From positions 489,502 to 553,501 of the forward strand of contig CAVRGP010000015.1 in the NCBI GenBank assembly GCA_963720755.1: 64,000 nucleotides of DNA, given 5' to 3'. This document shows, piece by piece, positions 59,420 through 64,000 of the stretch (positions within the stretch are counted from its first letter, which is position 1; each line of letters opens with the position of its first letter). Under the pieces are notes generated by a model. The model searched no databases, was not told the origin of the DNA, and saw only the letters and a list, made by a program, of their open reading frames with translations. The stretch is from an uncultured Chloroflexia bacterium. Its GTDB lineage: Bacteria; Chloroflexota; Limnocylindria; Limnocylindrales; CSP1-4. The translations under genes and the position numbers were made by a program.

Positions 59420-59788
59420 CTGCCTTAAAGCGCCTCAGGCAGTTGCCTGCCCGGTGGCGATGTCAGACTGCACTTTCGCGAGAACGGAGTGAGCACTTTC
59501 CCTCACCAATCGAGAAACGTGTCGATCAGCGGCCTGCATCGCAGTCGGCAGAAGCTCGGCTGGCAATGTCGTGCCGGGCTCCGATGTCAGAAAACCGTTC
59601 CAGACAAGGTTCGGGTACGAGCTCTCCGGGGTCGACTACCAATTCCCTTAATCGCCGACTCTGTCGAGGCGACGTCCACTGTCGCTACGTGGGTCGAAGC
59701 CAAGACGCCCCTGTTCGAATCGTCCTTCCTGGCGAGTGTACGGGAGCGGGCGGCGTGCTCGTTCACGTCTCGAATGGATCTTCGACCA

Positions 59789-60184
59789 TCACGGGATCAG
59801 CTTGATCCAGGCTGACTCGAAGTCGCTGTCGAAGACGAACGCAGTGTCGATCGCTTCGGCGGACAGGAGTTCGAGGCTCACCTGGTCGACAAACGAGGTG
59901 CCCGAGGGCAGCGAGGCCCGATATCGGGCGGCTGCGCTGGCATGCACGGCAGAATTCACGACGAGCACGTCGATCGCCGGCAGGACGTCGTCAAGGAGCG
60001 TGATGGCTCCGGCCACACCGAACCGGCGCCGGACGACGGCGAGGGATTCCGCGACGACGTAGCCGTGGGTCACCAGCTCGGCATCGGACAGACCGGCCAG
60101 GCACACCCGGGCCGCCTCGTGGCGGGGGTCCGATCGATCGAGGACGGTGATCAGCGCGCTGGTATCGACGAAGACGCGGCTCAC
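59789..60184 (-). CDS. vapC: VapC/PIN domain toxin
   Basis: VFVDTSAL, VAES, SFVD and FDSDF give the four PIN acidic residues. GTG overlaps the antitoxin stop. Confidence 0.9.
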   Translation of the reverse strand: MSRVFVDTSALITVLDRSDPRHEAARVCLAGLSDAELVTHGYVVAESLAVVRRRFGVAGAITLLDDVLPAIDVLVVNSAVHASAAARYRASLPSGTSFVDQVSLELLSAEAIDTAFVFDSDFESAWIKLIP

Positions 60185-60423
60185 CAAGTCGAATCGCCGG
60201 CGATCTCGTCGTGTCGGGCGGCGATATCGCCGGTGCCCGACTCGAACCGCCCGGCCGCTGCCAGGGCCCGCTCGAAGCGCGCACGCCGGTCGCCCGGATC
60301 CGCCGGGACGACTCGATCGACGGCGTCTCGCACGATCTCTGCGATCGGTACCTTCCGACGTCTGGCTTCGGCCCGAAGTCGACGCATCTGCTCCGTCGTG
60401 AGGGAGATCTGGGTGCGTTCCAT
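60181..60423 (-). CDS. vapB: RHH/CopG-type antitoxin
   Basis: MERTQISLT...AEIVRDAVD RHH pattern and a C-terminal DIAARHDE, directly upstream of the PIN gene. Confidence 0.88.
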   Translation of the reverse strand: MERTQISLTTEQMRRLRAEARRRKVPIAEIVRDAVDRVVPADPGDRRARFERALAAAGRFESGTGDIAARHDEIAGDSTW

Positions 60424-60431
60424 TGAGCGAC

Positions 60432-60459
60432 GATATCACATTGCTTGGGGTGATATCAC
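60432..60459. promoter_or_regulatory. vapBC operator/promoter
   Basis: GATATCAC-N10-GTGATATCAC overlaps an extended -10 TGaTATCGT (minus strand) 6 nt before the ATG. Confidence 0.75.
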
Positions 60460-60513
60460 GCCGAGCGATGAGCCCGCATGCGGTGGTGTGTCGTCGGTCG
60501 GCTCCTCGACGCC

Positions 60514-60897
60514 TTAGCGTTCGTGCCCGTATGGGCGCGTGATGATCTCGAGGTTGTGGCCGCTCGGATCCTCGAAGTAGAGGCCGCGGCCGCCATCGTG
60601 GGTGTTTATCACGCCGGGATCCGAGTGATCCGGATCGGCCCAGTAGGCATGGCCACCCGATCGGATCCGGCCGAAGATCGCGTCGAACTCGTCCTCACCC
60701 ACCAGGAAGCAGTAGTGCTGCGACGCGATCTCGCCGGCGGTGTCGAGGAAATCGAGCGTCACCGCGTTCGACACCCCGACGGCGAGGAACGGGCCCCAGG
60801 CCGTCGGGCTCGGCAGTCCGAAGAGCGAGGCCAGGGACTCCGCCGACTCCCGCTTGTCGCGCGAATACACGATCGTGTGGTTGAGCTCGATGGCCAT
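60514..60897 (-). CDS. VOC/glyoxalase family protein (copy 1)
   Basis: LNHTIV, QHYCFLV and GGRGLYFEDPSGHNLEIITRPYG. SD GGAGG. Confidence 0.9.
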   Translation of the reverse strand: MAIELNHTIVYSRDKRESAESLASLFGLPSPTAWGPFLAVGVSNAVTLDFLDTAGEIASQHYCFLVGEDEFDAIFGRIRSGGHAYWADPDHSDPGVINTHDGGRGLYFEDPSGHNLEIITRPYGHER

Positions 60898-61057
60898 GGG
60901 ACCCCTCCTCCATCCGCGGACGTGCTCGACGATGAAGCCCTTTCGGCTCGAGTCTCCCGGAGCGTATCAGCCGACCGTGGCCGGCTTCCCGGCCAGACCA
61001 GTCCCACAGACGATGTGATCGTCGCCCGCTCCGGTCTGCTGAGGTAGCCTCTGTGGC

Positions 61058-62074
61058 ATGACCCTTGGATTCGGACTCCTCAGCGCCCAACTCCGACCGG
61101 GCGAGTCGGATTGGACGCGCGCCTACGACGACACGGTGCGCGTGGCTGTCGAGGCGGAACGGCTCGGCTTCTCATCGGTCTGGACGACGGAGCACCACTT
61201 CGTGGACGACGGCTATATGCCCTCGCTCCTCGTCGTGAGCGCGGCCCTCGCCCAGGCGACGTCTCGGATCGAGATCGGCACCGGCGTCATCCTCGCCCCG
61301 ATGCACCACCCGCTGCGCCTGGCGGAAGATGCGGCGACGGTCCAGCTGCTCAGCCACGGGCGCCTCGTGCTCGGGCTGGGTCTCGGCTGGTCGGAGGTCG
61401 AGTACGCGGGTCTGGGCGCTGACAGGCGCCGTCGCGGTGCTGCCATGGAGGAGACGCTCCGGATCCTGCCGCAGGCATGGAGTGGCGAGCCGTTCACGCA
61501 CGAGGGCTCGGTGTACCAGCTCCCGACCCTCGCCGTGCGCCCCACGCCAGCGACACGGATCCCGATCCTCATCGGCGGTGGCGCAGAGCCGGCCCTCCGC
61601 CGCGCTGCACGACTCGCGGATGGCATCTTCTCGAACGCGCCGGCGGATGATTTCGCCAAGCAGGTCGGCTGGGTGCTCGATGAGCTCGACCAGGCAGGTC
61701 GAGATCCCGCGACCTTCCGGTTCATCCACTACTCGATCCTGCTTCCGGGCGCATCCCGGACCGACGCCCTCGCCCGCTTCCAGGATGCCGTCTGGGGACT
61801 GACCTGGAAGTACTCGGACATGGAGGCATCGGCGACGCGGTCGCTCCCGGCGGTTTCCCCTCCCCTATTCGCTGGCGACCCTGAGCGGCTCCTGTCGCGC
61901 CGGACCGCGTATGCGGGTACGACCGATGAGCTTGTGGAGGCGCTGCTCGAAGTCCGGCGTCAGGCACCAGTCCCGGTCGAGTTCGTGGCGCGCGGCTACC
62001 TGCCGCTGCTCGAGTACGCCGACCAGATCGAGGTCATGCAGCAGCTGGCTGAAGGTGTCGCGCCGCACGTCTGA
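61058..62074 (+). CDS. LLM class flavin-dependent oxidoreductase (copy 1)
   Basis: AERLGFSSVWTTEHHF, PLRLAEDAAT and IPILIGG...RRAARLADG. Leaderless TAGCCT upstream. Confidence 0.92.
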   Translation: MTLGFGLLSAQLRPGESDWTRAYDDTVRVAVEAERLGFSSVWTTEHHFVDDGYMPSLLVVSAALAQATSRIEIGTGVILAPMHHPLRLAEDAATVQLLSHGRLVLGLGLGWSEVEYAGLGADRRRRGAAMEETLRILPQAWSGEPFTHEGSVYQLPTLAVRPTPATRIPILIGGGAEPALRRAARLADGIFSNAPADDFAKQVGWVLDELDQAGRDPATFRFIHYSILLPGASRTDALARFQDAVWGLTWKYSDMEASATRSLPAVSPPLFAGDPERLLSRRTAYAGTTDELVEALLEVRRQAPVPVEFVARGYLPLLEYADQIEVMQQLAEGVAPHV

Positions 62075-62149
62075 TCGATCCGATGAACAAGTCGCGTCGA
62101 ACAACCGCTCGGTCCCTTGCCGCCCCGACGGGTCGCTGATGTCGACGCC

Positions 62150-62257
62150 ATCGACGGCGTCTCGCACGATCTCTGCGATCGGTACCTTCCGACGTCTGGC
62201 TTCGGCCCGAAGTCGACGCATCTGCTCCGTTGTGAGGGAGATCTGGGTGCGTTCCAT
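62150..62257 (-). pseudogene. Truncated antitoxin copy (RHH domain only), fused at the duplication junction
   Basis: The first 36 codons are identical in protein to the 60423 antitoxin, then the frame continues into unrelated GVDISDP. Confidence 0.8.
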
Positions 62258-62348
62258 CGAGCGAAGGATATCACATGGCTTATGGTGATATCACGCCGAG
62301 CGATGAGCCCGCATCGGGTGGTGTGTCGTCGGTCGGCTCCTCGACGCC

Positions 62349-62732
62349 TTAGCGTTCGTGGCCGTATGGACGCGTGATGATCTCGAGGTTGTGGCCGCTC
62401 GGATCATCGAAGTAGAGTCCGCGGCCGCCATCGTGGGTGTTGACCACGCCTGGATCCGAGTGACCCGGATCGGCCCAGTAGGCATGGCCACCCGATCGGA
62501 TCCGGCCGAAGATCGCGTCGAACTCGTCCTCACCCACCAGGAAGCAGTAGTGCTGCGGCGCGATCTCGCCGGTGGTGTCGAGGAAATCGAGCGTCACCGC
62601 GTTCGACACTCCGACGGCGAGGAACGGGCCCCAGGCCGTCGGGCTCGGCAGTCCGAAGAGCGAGGCCAGGAACTCCGCCGACTCCCGCTTGTCACGCGAA
62701 TACACGATCGTGTGATTGAGCTCGATGGCCAT
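62349..62732 (-). CDS. VOC/glyoxalase family protein (copy 2)
   Basis: Intact 127-aa paralogue of 60514-60897. Confidence 0.9.
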   Translation of the reverse strand: MAIELNHTIVYSRDKRESAEFLASLFGLPSPTAWGPFLAVGVSNAVTLDFLDTTGEIAPQHYCFLVGEDEFDAIFGRIRSGGHAYWADPGHSDPGVVNTHDGGRGLYFDDPSGHNLEIITRPYGHER

Positions 62733-62895
62733 GGGACCCCTCCTCCATCCGCGGACGCGCTCGACGACGAACGAGCCCCTTCGGCTCGAGTCCGCCAGAG
62801 CGTATCAGTCGACCGTGGCCAGCTTCCCGGGCGAGCCAGTCCCACCGACGATCTGATCGTCGCCCGCTCCCGTCTCCTGAGGTAGCCTCTGTGGC

Positions 62896-63912
62896 ATGAC
62901 CCTGGGATTCGGACTCCTCAGCGCCCAGCTCCGACCTGGCGAGTCGGATTGGACGCGTGCCTACGACGACACGGTGCGCGTGGCGGTCGAGGCCGAACGG
63001 CTCGGCTTCACCTCGGTCTGGACGACAGAGCACCACTTCGTCGACGACGGCTATATGCCCTCCCTCCTCGTCGTGAGCGCGGCGATCGCCCAGGCGACGT
63101 CTCGGATCGAGATCGGCACTGGCGTCATCCTCGCCCCGATGCACCAGCCGCTGCGCCTGGCGGAAGATGCGGCGACCGTCCAGCTGTTGAGCCACGGTCG
63201 TCTCGCGCTCGGGCTCGGGCTCGGCTGGTCGGAGGTCGAGTACGCCGGGTTCGGTGCCGACATGCGCCGTCGCGGTGCTGCCATGGAGGAGACGCTCCGG
63301 ATCCTGCCGCAGGCATGGACCGGCGAGCCGTTCACGCACGATGGCTCGGTGTACCAGCTCCCGACCCTCGCGGTGCGCCCGACGCCATCGACACGGATCC
63401 CGATCCTCATCGGCGGTGGCGCAGAGCCGGCACTCCGCCGCGCTGCACGCCTCGCGGACGGCATCTTCTCGAATGCGCCGGCGGCTGACTTCGCCAGGCA
63501 GGTCGGGTGGGTGCTCGATGAGCTCGAGCAGGTTGGTCGAGATCCCGCGGCCTTCCGGTTCATCCACTACTCGATCCTGCTGCCCGGCGCATCCCGGGCC
63601 GACGCCCTCGCCCGCTACCAGGATGCCGTCTGGGGACTGAGCTGGAAGTACTCGGACATGGAGGCGTCGGCGACGCGGTCGCTCCCGGCGGTCTCCCCTC
63701 CCCCATTCGCCGGCGACCCTGAGCGGCTCCTGTCGCGCCGGACCACGTACGCGGGGACGACCGATGAGCTGGTCGACGTGCTGCTCGAGGTCCGGCGTCA
63801 GGTCCCAGTGCCGGTCGAGTTCGTGGCGCGCGGCCACCTGCCGCTGCTCGAGTACGCCGACCAGCTCGAGGTCATGCAGCAGCTGGCTGAAGGTGTCGCG
63901 CCGCACGTCTGA
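62896..63912 (+). CDS. LLM class flavin-dependent oxidoreductase (copy 2)
   Basis: Intact 338-aa paralogue of 61058-62074. Confidence 0.92.
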   Translation: MTLGFGLLSAQLRPGESDWTRAYDDTVRVAVEAERLGFTSVWTTEHHFVDDGYMPSLLVVSAAIAQATSRIEIGTGVILAPMHQPLRLAEDAATVQLLSHGRLALGLGLGWSEVEYAGFGADMRRRGAAMEETLRILPQAWTGEPFTHDGSVYQLPTLAVRPTPSTRIPILIGGGAEPALRRAARLADGIFSNAPAADFARQVGWVLDELEQVGRDPAAFRFIHYSILLPGASRADALARYQDAVWGLSWKYSDMEASATRSLPAVSPPPFAGDPERLLSRRTTYAGTTDELVDVLLEVRRQVPVPVEFVARGHLPLLEYADQLEVMQQLAEGVAPHV

Positions 63913-63931
63913 TCGAACGTCCCACCCCCGG

Positions 63932-64000
63932 CTACTCGGCGACCAGCTCGAACACCGCTCGGTCCTTGGCCGCCCCGACCGGGTCGCTGATGTCGACGCC
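63932..64000 (-). CDS. 3' end of an unidentified gene that starts beyond the window
   Basis: Reads GVDISDPVGAAKDRAVFELVAE-TAG with host-like codons. A decayed copy sits at about 62085-62149. Confidence 0.55.
   Translation of the reverse strand, partial: GVDISDPVGAAKDRAVFELVAE

Larger units (their letters stand above)
60316..64000. repeat. Diverged tandem duplication, units about 60316-62149 and 62150-64000
   Basis: Same order of antitoxin 5' part, operator, VOC, LLM and downstream gene tail. By manual count the VOC copies differ at 6 of 127 aa and the LLM copies at about 24 of 338 aa. Confidence 0.95.

Noticed and set aside
63940-64000. Start of a third repeat unit
   Set aside because: The end of the window reads better as the intact 3' end of a minus-strand gene whose tail was duplicated. 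A third unit cannot be excluded without downstream sequence.
59420-64000. Second dif-like site, integrase or transposase defining a mobile element
   Set aside because: None found in the window. The TTATG at 62280 is part of the TA operator spacer.

Overview
High-GC bacterial chromosomal window. Gene content and the many leaderless TANNNT promoters suggest Chloroflexota, possibly Limnocylindria/Ellin6529-like (inference). Most of it is core genome and mainly on the + strand. It holds a STAND/TPR signalling protein with a DUF2652 partner, an envelope/transport operon (OppA-like binding protein, MA peptidase, two DUF881, DUF951, MFS, asparaginase, amidohydrolase), tRNA-Val, a Thr T-box with thrS, infC-rpmI-rplT-pheST, cvpA-mpg-mutS2, a class A PBP, tyrS, EF-G2/yerC/hisC, yebC-ruvCAB-tgt-recA-recX, rny-ymdB-PHP-miaB, an orphan BcsA-like synthase, miaA and hflX. 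The most notable features are near the right end. There is a 28-bp dif-type XerCD site at 59392-59419. About 4 kb upstream lies a DnaA-box cluster overlapping a candidate rod-shaped ncRNA. Just beyond dif are a vapBC module and a diverged ~1.83-kb tandem duplication (antitoxin N-terminus, operator, VOC, luciferase-like oxidoreductase) whose junction creates a chimeric RHH ORF. Three genes (DUF2652, mutS2, tgt) each carry one extra base, probably sequencing error. No CRISPR, rRNA, transposase or integrase was seen.
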